DNA from: Fistulifera solaris
Taxonomy: Eukaryota
Assembly (NCBI GenBank): GCA_030295235.1
Contig: AP026135.1
Span: 1,178,001-1,242,000, forward strand
Length of the DNA stretch: 64,000 nt
Direction: 5' to 3'
Below are positions 1-11,181 of this stretch, piece by piece. Below the pieces are notes generated by a model. The model saw only the letters and a program-made list of their open reading frames with translations. It was not told the DNA's origin and did not search any database. The position numbers were made by a program, and so were the translations under genes. Each line of letters opens with the position of its first letter. Within the stretch, counting starts at the first letter, position 1.

Positions 1-761
1 GCAAAGCTGCAGCTCATGCACTACATCACGATGAAGCTCCACGCTCCACCTCTTTAATCCCTGCTTCGTCTTCCATGTTGGAACTTCCAAGTGCAATAAG
101 AGTAATCTTGATTTTTAATCTTTTTAGACTCTCTCGCTCTTGTACAGTAGAGCTTTTGAGAGACCCGCTTTGTCGTTGCTTTTGGTACCGGTACCGTACC
201 CATTAGTTCAAAGTTCAATGCTCAATGCTCGATGCGCAGCAACAGTCCCGGTGTAGAAGTAGTTTCAAGTTGGACGCTGTGATTTTGATCGCTGCTTGAT
301 GATTTCTGATTATTTCTGATCACTGATCACCGACTGCCGACTCTAGTGAGAACCAAGATGTCCATGATCCAGGATCGCGCCAGACTTAAGTACTTTATTC
401 GTGAGTGACTTTGTATTTCTTCGTTTTTGATTCTCATTTCTCCCATTTACTGTAATGTCAATTGTACTCATCGAATAAGAAATGTCTTTCCCCGAAGTTT
501 GCTATAGCCGTTATGAAGTAAAGACGAAGTCGCAGCCTACAGCAATAATTGAAGCGTTCGAGTTCTCTACTGTTCCTTAAGTTCATCAATCTTGCATCTT
601 GCATTCGTGATCATGACCATCATACTTTTCGCTGGTCGAAAAGCGCAAACTACTTTTTCTGTCCTTGATGTAATTAACCAGTGTCAGAAGTCAGAAATGA
701 TTTTGACTACCTTTTCACAAATCGTTTGATCCGCTTACACGAAGTAATATCAAACGGCAAC

Positions 762-1313
762 ATGAAGCTCTTGCTAATCAGTTTGCTATCCGTTCTCTCT
801 TTCGCCCACGGCCAACTGGATGGAGAATTGTTTGCACCGGCGGAGCCGCCCGAGATGGTCGTCTACTATGTAAATTGGCAAGCTCCATCCACTGTCTGCA
901 ATGAAACCGAACTTGCGTACATTGACAACAAGATGCTCCCCGACCTGGACATGACTTTAGTGCAAAACAACTTTGAGACGCCGGCGTGGGAAGTTCCCTC
1001 CACCTTGACGCGACGTGAACTTCAAAATGGCAATGCGAATCCCAACAACAATGGCAAAGCAAACAACTGCGACTTTTGCCGACGTTATTACCCTCGCAGT
1101 CTTTGCAATGTAATGTACAACTGCAGAAATCGTCGTGAGCTTCGTGGGGCTGCAGAAGAAAAGCGTGAACTGCAAACTCATGAAGAACTTCAAGCCGAAC
1201 TTCTTAGTGCTTGCAGGAACAGCATCATGGAGCTCTTATACAGCCGACAAATCAGCCGTAATTGCAAGCGAGCCATTCGATGGGCGCGATGCTATGTCCA
1301 AATTATGGAGTAA
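762..1313 (+). CDS. Secreted RxL-containing Cys-rich prepropeptide, family member P1 (183 aa)
   Basis: First ATG at 762 gives a hydrophobic signal peptide (MKLLLISLLSVLSFAHG-Q). Shares PEMVVYYVN, KMxPDLD, NCDFCRRYY..CN.M.NC and RRxL motifs with three paralogs in the window. Confidence 0.85.
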   Translation: MKLLLISLLSVLSFAHGQLDGELFAPAEPPEMVVYYVNWQAPSTVCNETELAYIDNKMLPDLDMTLVQNNFETPAWEVPSTLTRRELQNGNANPNNNGKANNCDFCRRYYPRSLCNVMYNCRNRRELRGAAEEKRELQTHEELQAELLSACRNSIMELLYSRQISRNCKRAIRWARCYVQIME

Positions 1314-1898
1314 TGATTGGGTCCAACAAATCGAATGGACCGAAACGTCTCTCTCTTTCCTCTTGCAAAACGCCTCATTACTGACGAGGGGCACCGTTAA
1401 TAACTATGTATATGAATGACTTAGATCTCCATATTAATCATTGTCGGCTTAAGGGATTCTACGCGATGAGTTGTTGACCTTTCTGTTCAATCATGAAAAT
1501 ATATTTCGTCGGCGACTTTTGCCTCTGTAATGTCTCGTGCGCGCTTATTGACATAGTGCTCGCTCCTCATTGCATTGATCACGCTTTTCCCGTCTCTTCT
1601 ACAGTGGCGCATCCCAAGGCATTGTTGTCTCCCTATTGTCGATCATCTCGCATCGCATGTCCACCACCTTAGGATGCAATAAAGAATTAGTAGGGATCAG
1701 GGATTCCAGTGTCGTTTTTAGTCACGATAAGACATGATCTTACAGTAGTGCAGCAAGTACTTTCGAAAACTCCATTCAACCGCACGAAAAGCGAAAAGCC
1801 ACTTCTTCGTGTTCGGGCTTTTGCACTTCACAACCTAAACACGACAATACCTGGTATGCTTTTTATTATTCATTCATGACAATTAGATTAGAAGTCGA

Positions 1899-4098
1899 AT
1901 GCCGAAACGATTGAATCGAAGACGCAACATCGGCAATCCACAAGCAACAGGCTATCGTCTTCAAAGAGCCTGTCACACATGTTCGGGATGCCGACGACCG
2001 CCTTGTCATTTGTGTGTCTACTGTCGCGGCTTATTTCAAACAACAAGCCATCAACGAAAATGCCTCTTTCGATTGTGTCTCCATTTTTCATATACCGAAA
2101 AGACGAAAAGGAAACTCGCACTTGCCGCCCAGCGATCCTTTCAATCCTTATCGATGGGCGAACGTTTCTCGGATGATACTAGTAATCATCACTATAGTTC
2201 ACCGGAAGCACAACAATTCTTAAAACAATGTCAAGCAATTCTACTCAGAACACACAAAATCCCCGTAGAGTGCAAGAAATGGCAATTTGATTCATCCTGG
2301 CGTGTTTGGGTTCACAAGAGACAGCTGTGGGGGATCGCCCGTCGTATCTCATCGGATCCGCCGCGCTATAATATTCAATTGTTGGATCCATCGCCGAGAC
2401 CTTCCAACGGCAGCATCATTATTAATAGCAATTACTCGATCCCCCCTCCTCCACAGATTTCGAAGAAGAACACGAGGGAGAATGCTACTCCGAGTAGTAC
2501 AAAGAACGCCTTAATGCTCACAAATGTACCTCCTTACGTGAGTAAATCTACAATGGCATCTTATTTTCATTTATGATACGAAGATCATTTGGCGTATCAT
2601 TGCTTTCTGACAACATCTGACTTTGCACGATTCTTTTTCTTGACAGCTCTTTGAACTCGATTGTCAAGTCCGCTACCTCGAACGAAAGACAAAACCTTCG
2701 TCCGTTGTGAGAGCCATTCCCCAAATCAGTCAACCCTTTCTTCACGCTTGGCGAAGGTCTTCGGGAAATATCATTCAAATCCAAGGTACATGGACGGGAG
2801 AACATTGCGAGGATACGCAACAATACAAGATCAAAGTAAAGCATGCGGCAATTCAACCGACTCGGCTGAACCAAGACGAACAAATAGATGGAGAGAAGAC
2901 GATCGAATCGTTTCCACTAAATTCGTTTTGGGTGACATTGGATGATTTACAAGCGGGATATTTTTGTGCCATGGCGTCAGAGTCGACGGTACCCATTACT
3001 GATACAAACGACAGCCCACCGTTCTTCATTCAATACAAAGTTCCCCGCATGAAGTTCACAATGCAACAGGAACCGCTGTTACCACGAGTGTCGTTTGTAT
3101 ACGAGGATCGGTTCCACATCGAACTGCAAGTACTTCCTTCAAAACAAGCACCCCATGCGGGGTATGGCTTGTTCGCATACGTGAATACAATTGACGACAA
3201 TGATGACAGTAACCTCCCGAAATTGTCGACTGTAGAAATACCGCCGGGAGTATTGATTGATTTGGGTGTCTATGGCCCGCTACGCCCCGAAGATCGAAAG
3301 CCATGGCCGGCAAGGCTACTCAAAAGTTTCATCTATAGCTATCACTGTGGCTCATGGTTCTTCGAGACTTCCAAGGAGGACGATGCTGTTTTTGATATGA
3401 CGGATGACGCTACAGGACAATTGCACGAATTAGCCCGAAGAAATGTTCTGATGTACGCCAATGAAACGTCAGGATTGGAGCAAGATATCCAGTCGTTGTG
3501 GCCAATTTATGACCCTGAAGGTGCCGTTCACTTTTATCTGGGCCACCCGGATCCAGACCAAGGGCCGTTGTTACTACCCATCGGATCCCCTGTGGAGCTG
3601 CTGGTGGATTATGGAGCGCAATATGAACAAGAACGCGTGCGTAAAAATTACCCCCGTGTTACGGGAAACCACCTTCAGCACATTCAAGAGTGCTTGGCGG
3701 AAGAAGATCAAGCCATTCTACAAGATTTACAGGAATTGTCGTTGGAGGAAATGGAAGGTGACGCTATTCCCTTCTTGAAACATCTAGTTCAAGAGTGGGG
3801 AGTCATAGCCAGCGCCAGCGGACAATGCCACAAGTCGCTGCTGCTGGAACGAGCACTGATCGTGACTCTGATTCTTATACATAACCATCGCGGGAAAAAT
3901 GTTTTGTCGGAAAGCAATCTTAATTCCTTACGTACAATTCTGTCGAATCTGTGTTCATGGTTTCCTTCTGATCAGCACATAAAAAGTTACATGACATCGA
4001 ATGTTGCTTATCAAGAATTGCTTCGACGTATTTTGGGCGATTACGATTGGAATAGCATTCCGGCTCTGTTGTTTCGACGGGCCATTGTGGCGCTATAA
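1899..4098 (+). CDS. CXXC-type zinc finger + SET-like domain protein, join(1899..2537,2647..4098), about 696 aa
   Basis: GTGAGT donor at 2538 and pyrimidine-rich ...TGACAG acceptor ending 2646 join two ORFs in frame (phase 0). N-terminal C-x2-C-x2-C-x4-C-x2-C-x2-C-x12-C-x4-C. SET-like motifs HAGYGLFA, YANE, ELLVDYG. Confidence 0.7.
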
Positions 4099-4131
4099 AT
4101 CGAAATATCAATAATAGCGCCTTGACTTTAA

Positions 4132-5787
4132 TTACAACGCTTTGTCCTTGATTGATACTGGACTACTGCTGTAGCGTTCAAACGGAAGTATTGATACTAA
4201 TCGAAACACCGCCCAAAGATAGGCAACTCCTATCAAGGCACAACCAAACACACTCCACAAGACGGGAAACAAATCCGGCCAGTGTGCTGGTGGCACAACC
4301 CAACATTCGATTACGTGCAATAAAAACATGAGCATGTACGCCATTGGGCAGAACCAAAGTGCTATTCGTGATGCCTTTCTTGTCGGAGTTGAATCGAGTT
4401 CAGCCCAGAGTTGTAGAACGCTTACAAAGATGATGCCAACGGCCACGTAGGCCGTTTGCAACCGATCAATGACGAGCAACGGCCACATAGTCCACATGGA
4501 AACAAACGAAAAGAATTCCACCAGTGTCGGCGCTTCATTCCACAAGAGTGAAAGGGGTGCAGTAGCCATCAACAAGCTCTTCTCGTGAACCTGGAAACTG
4601 GCCAGAAAGAACGCCAAGGCGCAAGCACTGGTGGCCCATAATAAAACTCGCTCTTGTTCTCGCTGTGATTGCGTTGTTGCTACGGTGCTCCTTCCAATCG
4701 GATGCCGTTGTCCTACACGAAAGACTTGTACGCAAACGGGTAACATGAGCAACGCAGTGAGCCCCAGAGAGGCACGGAATTGATTCGCCGCTGATAATCG
4801 TTGCCGTATGCGAAAGGGTCGAATCGACAAAGCACACCACACATTGGCAACTTTGCCTTCAAACAATCCACGTTGCAGCGGGAATATCCGAATCAGTATT
4901 TGCTTCAGCTCTCTCCATGGATCAGATGGAGTGGCAGAGAATACAATAGGTCCCCAGAGTAGCAAAAACGTCAAGAGTACTGTGCCTCCGAGTAAAAGTA
5001 ACGAACGAAGAAAGGTCTTACGATGAGCGTAACACCGTCCCAACAAATAGCAACCCACCACTGGTGCATAATACAGTGTCATTTGTTTGAAGGAAAGGGC
5101 CATACAAAAAGCGATAGCTCCAAGTAAAACACCTCGTGTTGTTAGTTGTGTGATCCAGTAAAAAGACCACAACGACAATCCCAAGGCTGTTGTATTGTAT
5201 TGAAAGTGCCCATGATCGATCAACACCAGTGCTGGTTGCAGGAGTGCAAAGACATACGAAAAGAGGTTAAGTTCTTGCGGGTGCTGTTCATGTCGTCGTC
5301 GACGACACCATACATAGATTGATGTAAAGTAAAGCAAGACATCCAAGCCTAAGACTGTCGCTCGCATGAACGGTTTGTGTCGAATCTCCTCTTCATATCC
5401 ACGTGATGTAAACAAAGCCACCGTTTCGGGTCCTACAAGAGTATGAGATAGATATCCACATATATACGACACATATGCCGTCAAAGGCGGATAATCCAGT
5501 CCCCAGTACTCCAAATCGTAGTGATACCATTCGTGCAACGGCAAATGATACGTCAATTCCATCCAATGTCGTTGCGCTTCATAGTCTCCTCCGTATGCTT
5601 GTTTCGCACCGTGATGATTGTTTTGTCCCGAATGCGGTTGAAATCCGATTAAAACGCGATAGAATATAAGAAGTAACGTAACAGTGATTGTTGTGAGGCT
5701 GGTGGATGAGAATACAATGCCATTTTGTTGTTGCTGTAATGACGCTGAAGAGTATTTCTGTTCTGCTGCACGCTGATTATCCTCCAT
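4132..5787 (-). CDS. ALG6: Dolichyl-P-Glc alpha-1,3-glucosyltransferase (ALG6/ALG8 family)
   Basis: GDYEAQRHWME, YWGLDYPPLTAY, DHGHFQYN, FEGKVAN, QVHEKS motifs; multi-TM; C-terminal KDKAL (KxKxx ER retrieval). Start at 5787 (MEDNQR) is a guess; the ORF is open to 5889. Confidence 0.93.
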   Translation of the reverse strand: MEDNQRAAEQKYSSASLQQQQNGIVFSSTSLTTITVTLLLIFYRVLIGFQPHSGQNNHHGAKQAYGGDYEAQRHWMELTYHLPLHEWYHYDLEYWGLDYPPLTAYVSYICGYLSHTLVGPETVALFTSRGYEEEIRHKPFMRATVLGLDVLLYFTSIYVWCRRRRHEQHPQELNLFSYVFALLQPALVLIDHGHFQYNTTALGLSLWSFYWITQLTTRGVLLGAIAFCMALSFKQMTLYYAPVVGCYLLGRCYAHRKTFLRSLLLLGGTVLLTFLLLWGPIVFSATPSDPWRELKQILIRIFPLQRGLFEGKVANVWCALSIRPFRIRQRLSAANQFRASLGLTALLMLPVCVQVFRVGQRHPIGRSTVATTQSQREQERVLLWATSACALAFFLASFQVHEKSLLMATAPLSLLWNEAPTLVEFFSFVSMWTMWPLLVIDRLQTAYVAVGIIFVSVLQLWAELDSTPTRKASRIALWFCPMAYMLMFLLHVIECWVVPPAHWPDLFPVLWSVFGCALIGVAYLWAVFRLVSILPFERYSSSPVSIKDKAL

Positions 5788-6138
5788 TCTGTTTCGATAG
5801 TTTCGTTCAAAATGTTGACACAGATAGTTTAAATCAGAATCAACAGATGCTACAACATAAAGATGCTTTTGTTCTTTTAAAAAAACCATCCATCATTGGT
5901 TGTGTCTTGTGGTTATAAGCTACGTAGTACTTTTGTACGTTGCACGTTATGGTTATCCAGATTTGATTGATGACTGATGACTGAACTGCAGTCGTGGCAA
6001 AAGTTGCTTACACTTTGGGCCTATAGTTATCCCAAAGACAACAGTCTCGATGTGCATTGCAAATAATACTGATAAAGGTGAATACTTCGTGACAACGACA
6101 ACTGCAGCTTTTCAAACAAAAAGAACGAATGGAGTTTG

Positions 6139-6404
6139 GGCAGCTGTTCGGCTCGTCGAAAAGCATGACTCCTCATGACTCATGACTGAAATGCTAAGAT
6201 AAATACGAAAGGCAGCGATTTCGCCAAGGATTTTTGGCACGAGGTACCGGGTATCGAGGTGTGTATTGCAAATTACAAATACAATGCTGATGACTGATGA
6301 TTACTGTCTTTTTTTATAACAAGTGGCAAGTGGCAACTGGCAGTTCGGCTCCGTCCGAAAAGCATGTCTCCTCATTCCTCATGACTCATGACCTGAAATA
6401 ATGC
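6139..6404. repeat. Imperfect direct repeat (6139..6194 and 6339..6404) in the divergent ALG6/HCF101 intergenic region
   Basis: Both copies read GGCAG..TTCGGCTC..GAAAAGCATG.CTCCTCAT..CTCATGAC.TGAAAT. Confidence 0.6.
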
Positions 6405-6678
6405 AGTCGTTGATAAGTTCCGTCACCAGTCAACACATTGAAGCCATAGTAAAGGACGGCGGCGCACGTTGAAGTTGTGAAAGGGAAAGCGAAAACGTCA
6501 CGCAAATTTTTGTCCCCATCCTTACAATTGCAACGCTCTTTTTTTCTTTGCAGCCGAACAATGGCCGCCGATGTACAAAAGTATACCAGGTGCTTGTAAG
6601 GTATAAAGCTTCAAACCGAAGGGCAGTTATACAGAGAGAAACACCAAGCATCACGACATATCTTCAGGCTTCTCTTCT

Positions 6679-8388
6679 ATGTTCACAATGAACCGTTTCA
6701 CTGCTTTACGATTCGTGACGACAGTCTTCCTGTTTCCGACGGCAACCTTGTCGTTTGCACCTCAACCGATCAGTCGTTCGACATCGACTACGCTTTCTCT
6801 CTCCTTCTTTTCTGCTTTACACACCACAACACGTCTCAAAGATGCTAGCAGTACAAATAGGGAAATTCCTACCGAATGGCAAGGCGTTGTTTTATCGAAA
6901 TTAAAACAAATTCAAGATCCTGATTTGATGGTCGATATTGTGACGGCTGGATTTTGTCAAAATTTGAAGTACGATCCCATCAATTCGAAATTATCCATGG
7001 ATTTAGAATTAACGACACCGGCCTGTCCGGTCAAAGATCAATTTCAACGAGATTGTGAACAGTTGTTGCTAGAATTGCCATGGATTCAACAAGTTGAAGT
7101 GACTCTCACGGCACAGCCACAGGGCACTTCCTCGACATCTTTGACTGGTTTAGCACAGGTCGGTGCCATTGTAGCCGTTTCTTCGTGTAAAGGAGGTGTC
7201 GGAAAATCAACCACGGCCGTCAATTTGGCCTTTTCCTTGCAACAGCTGGGGGCGACGGTTGGAATTTTAGATACCGACTTGTACGGACCCAGTTTACCCA
7301 CCATGGTGACACCCGATGATGATATTGTGCGCTTCGTGGGTCGACAAATTGCGCCGTTACAACGCAATGGCGTACGATTGTTGAGTTTTGGGCACATTCA
7401 CGATCAAGCGGCCGTTATGCGTGGTGCCATGGTTACGCAGTTGCTGGAACAGTTCCTCGATGTGTGTCAGTGGGGTAAACTCGATTATCTCATTGTGGAT
7501 ATGCCACCGGGGACGGGTGATATTCCCTTGACGTTGACACAGAAACTCAATTTGACGGCAGCTGTCATTGTGACCACACCGACGGAACTCAGCTTTCAAG
7601 ATGTCAAGAAAGGAATTGAAATGTTTGACACCGTCCAAGTACCGTGCATTGCTGTAGTAGAAAATATGGCGCATTACGAATTGCCGGAATCGATGAAAGA
7701 AACCGTCGCAAAAGCGGTTCAACAATCGTCTTATGTTACTGACGCGGAACAAGTCACACAAGAAGTGTGGAAAGCGTTGCAGAATACGCCTTTGCCTATT
7801 TTTGGAGCCGGCCACCGATCGACGTTGCAACAAATGTACGGCATTGAACAACATTTCAAAGTACCACTTATGGATCAAGTGGCGTATGAAGGAGATCATG
7901 GGACACCATTTGTGTTACAACAGCCCGATTCCTCCGCTACGCGTGTTTACAGATCACTAGCACAAGCCGTGGTCCAAGAAGTCGCCAAGGTCAAATACAC
8001 ACACCCAAATCAGCGTTTGTCTTTAGAATACAATCGAGATACGCATGTTGTGGCTTTGAAACAAGGTACCAGTCCACAAGAAGAAGAGATTAGTACGTTG
8101 TCTCCAGCGACCATTCGTCGTGCTTGTCGTTGTGCGGCATGTGTTGAAGAATTGACCGGTCGACAAATCTTGTTGCCGAGTATGGTGTCGGAGAATATTT
8201 CACCACTTCGCATGCAATCGGTAGGAAACTATGCCTGGAGTATTGATTGGAGTGATGGACATCGGTCCTTATATCCTGAAAAGAGTCTTCGGGCCCTGGG
8301 ATCACAAAAGCAAAAACCAACTACAAAAGACTCGTCGTCGGCGACACCAGCGTCGGTGGTGAGAGAACGCGTACAAGAGCGTGTTTAG
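6679..8388 (+). CDS. HCF101: Plastid Fe-S cluster scaffold HCF101 (DUF59 + Mrp/NBP35 P-loop ATPase + DUF971)
   Basis: Signal peptide then S-FAP; LTTPACP; SCKGGVGKST; DMPPGTGD; VVENM; C-terminal CRCAAC...W.DGH.SLY. Confidence 0.93.
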   Translation: MFTMNRFTALRFVTTVFLFPTATLSFAPQPISRSTSTTLSLSFFSALHTTTRLKDASSTNREIPTEWQGVVLSKLKQIQDPDLMVDIVTAGFCQNLKYDPINSKLSMDLELTTPACPVKDQFQRDCEQLLLELPWIQQVEVTLTAQPQGTSSTSLTGLAQVGAIVAVSSCKGGVGKSTTAVNLAFSLQQLGATVGILDTDLYGPSLPTMVTPDDDIVRFVGRQIAPLQRNGVRLLSFGHIHDQAAVMRGAMVTQLLEQFLDVCQWGKLDYLIVDMPPGTGDIPLTLTQKLNLTAAVIVTTPTELSFQDVKKGIEMFDTVQVPCIAVVENMAHYELPESMKETVAKAVQQSSYVTDAEQVTQEVWKALQNTPLPIFGAGHRSTLQQMYGIEQHFKVPLMDQVAYEGDHGTPFVLQQPDSSATRVYRSLAQAVVQEVAKVKYTHPNQRLSLEYNRDTHVVALKQGTSPQEEEISTLSPATIRRACRCAACVEELTGRQILLPSMVSENISPLRMQSVGNYAWSIDWSDGHRSLYPEKSLRALGSQKQKPTTKDSSSATPASVVRERVQERV

Positions 8389-8484
8389 AATGACAGAGCA
8401 CATCATATCAAATAAATCATTCAATCTGCACCTTTCTAATGTTTATGGTATTCTTCTCTATCAAAATGTAATTTGAGATCTTGA

Positions 8485-10033
8485 CTATTCTGTGACATTC
8501 ACACAAGCCTGCTCTAAAAAGGAAATGATCCGATGTCCTGCTTCTTCCAATACGGCTGTGGGTGCCCCAAACACGATACGGAAAAAGTTATCCGACGCTT
8601 TCATTCCGAAGCAAGATCCTGGCAACACAAGTACGTTTTCTTGCCGCAACAATTCGCGAGTCCATTCGGCATCGGTTTTCACGATACTTTGGCGACGAGG
8701 AGGCACGATTTGAACCATCAGATACATGGCGCCCTGCGGGTGATACACCTTCAAGTACGGCGACTGTCGCAGCACTCGTTCGACGGCGTGCGCCTGCTGT
8801 CGCAATTTGTGACGCCACTCCTGTTTCCAGACGACAATTGTCGTGTCATCGGGCCCCGTGGACGTGAGAGCAGCTGGAATCGCCCACTGTACGACATGAC
8901 TGGCACCCATGATCACTTGCGCCAATTGTTGAGCTCCATGTCGAATGGATTGCAATGTACCGTAAATGCTGTATATTGTTGCAAAGGACAAATGAGATTA
9001 ACTACACAACAACGCCACTTGTCAAACTTCACATGGACTTACTTGTCATGAAACACGAGCCAACCGACACGCCATCCAGGAACCAAATACTGCTTCCCCA
9101 ACCCAGAAGCTTGGATGATCGGCACATGCGGCGACGGAATCATATCGTTGCGAACATTCGCCAAGCTATGAAAGGCACACCTGTCGTGCAGTGTCATATC
9201 CCCATAGATTTCATCGGAAATGACCATGAGATGGTATTTGTCACACAACTGCAAAAATTTTTGCAAATGAGTCTTGGAAAAGACGGCTCCGGTCGGATTC
9301 GACGGATTGTTGATGAGAATCGCTTTAAAGTGATGGTTGTTGGGCTGTTGCAACAAGGTTTCCAGTTCTACTAAATCCATGTACCATTCTTCCGTCTCAT
9401 TGTTGTATTTCAAAGGATAAGATTGTGTTTGACATCCTAACGAGTGACAAATGACATTGTAAAGTGGAAATCCTGGACACGGAATCAACAATACATCGTG
9501 AGGAGGCTGTAATGTGGCACGGAATAAGAGTTCCAGAGCACCTGAACATCCGTTGGTGATAATGACATGATCCGGTGTTACGTGTAATGTCGGAACACCA
9601 TTTTCGCAATTGCTATGCGACGCGATCGCTTGACGAGCTGACAGCATCCCGACTGCCGGGATATAGCCCGTTGATTGGAGGAGATGTTGTTGAATGGCTT
9701 GTACTACCACTGGACAAGGAGGAAAATAAGAGGACGGGTCACCCAACTGAAGACCGAATTGGATACTTTAAAAGTAAGTATCGATAGAGAAAGAAACAAT
9801 ATACATCATCTCTTTCCCAGTTTACTACTTACCGCAAGTGAAATATATGATTTGTCATGCTCTTGCACTGATGCAAGGAAAGGATCGACAATAGCGCGGA
9901 TAGGATTATAGGTTCTTTGCGCTTCCTTTGATGCGGGTATCACCGGCCACTTCAGTGATAAAAGAGTGACTTTGGAGGATGCATTGCCGACTGCTTCTTC
10001 TTCTACACCAACTACCGAAGTTGGAGAAGTCAT
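8485..10033 (-). CDS. TAT: Tyrosine/nicotianamine-type class I PLP aminotransferase, complement join(8485..8968,9043..9746,9833..10033)
   Basis: Two GTAAGT...AG introns (9747..9832, 8969..9042) restore ISLA-LGDP and HDN-IYG. Motifs NPIR, INNPSNPTG, DEIYG, GLGKQYLVPGWRVGW, PQGAMY, LPGSCFG. Confidence 0.9.
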
Positions 10034-10692
10034 TTCTTCTTCTTGCTCGTGTTCGTTTAAAGTAACTGAATGAACGAATGAACGAATGAAAGGGTGAGTT
10101 GGATGACTTCCTCAAATACAAAGTAATAGACTAGTACTTGTAATGTGATGGAGCGATTTAGTGTGATGTGATCCGGTTATGCGAACACATCACCTCAAAT
10201 GAATATGTTGGGACGATCGGATCAACTGTCATTGATTTCTCCACAAAAGAACAAAATCAAAAGGGGCGTCTCCTTTCCGAATTCCTATCAAAATGCAAAA
10301 CAGAGCGAAAGAATTCTCAATTCATTCACGAATGTTGTCGACACGTACCGTGAGCGTGACTGGAGCGATTTTGATGCTTGATTGATTACCAGTACTCGCA
10401 TTTCTTGCGAAAAGAAAAAAATTCTTTTGGCGCCGTCACAATGAGAGGTAAGATACAAGTTAAATACAAGTTATATTAACAAAGAATACGCCAGCGAGCC
10501 CGTAATCATAATAGCAGCCTAACGCTGATGAAAAGGATAGAAGAGAAAAGATGAAGAGGCACATAATGATTTCATCATTTATGAAATGCTTTCTGTTGCT
10601 CACATGAGCAGATAAGCTGAGAGAATTATTCTAAACAACTGATACCAGCAAGGCCCGCCGCTTGATAGCTCGAAACCAATGACATGTATTCA

Positions 10693-11181
10693 TCAAACGA
10701 ATTCAACATGGCAGGTCGCATCTGAAATGGCGGCTTGGCAAGAAAGGCTGAGAGCTGTGTTTGTTGAAAGCGCCGCGATGCTCTCCTCACAGTCCTCAAG
10801 AAGCTCTGAACCCAAGTCGTCATCATCGCTGTCCTCATCCAGCTTACGGAGCTGCCGACGGATCCGGCAGTTGAACATTGCCTTGCAGAGAGATGCTGTG
10901 TAATAGCGCCGGCAAAAATCACAGTTTGATGATGTGAGCTTCCGGCGGTCGTCGTCGTTGTTGTCAGAGACTTCCCAATCTGGTGCCTCAAAGTTGTTGG
11001 CAAGAAGAGTCGAATCAAGGTCCGGGAGCATCGCATTAGAAATGTATGCCAATTCACTTGAGTTACAGACGGTCGCGTTGGCTTGCTCGTTGACAAAGTA
11101 GACAACCATCTCGGGGGGCTCTGTCAGTTGTCCAGTGACAGAAGCAAGAGTCGAGAGCAAAGAGACGAGAAGGAACTTCAT
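10693..11181 (-). CDS. Secreted RxL-containing Cys-rich prepropeptide, family member P2 (162 aa, acidic)
   Basis: ATG at 11181: MKFLLVSLLSTLASVTG-Q; PEMVVYFVN; RRKL; NCDFCRRYY; RRQLRKL; ends CHVEFV. Confidence 0.85.
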   Translation of the reverse strand: MKFLLVSLLSTLASVTGQLTEPPEMVVYFVNEQANATVCNSSELAYISNAMLPDLDSTLLANNFEAPDWEVSDNNDDDRRKLTSSNCDFCRRYYTASLCKAMFNCRIRRQLRKLDEDSDDDDLGSELLEDCEESIAALSTNTALSLSCQAAISDATCHVEFV

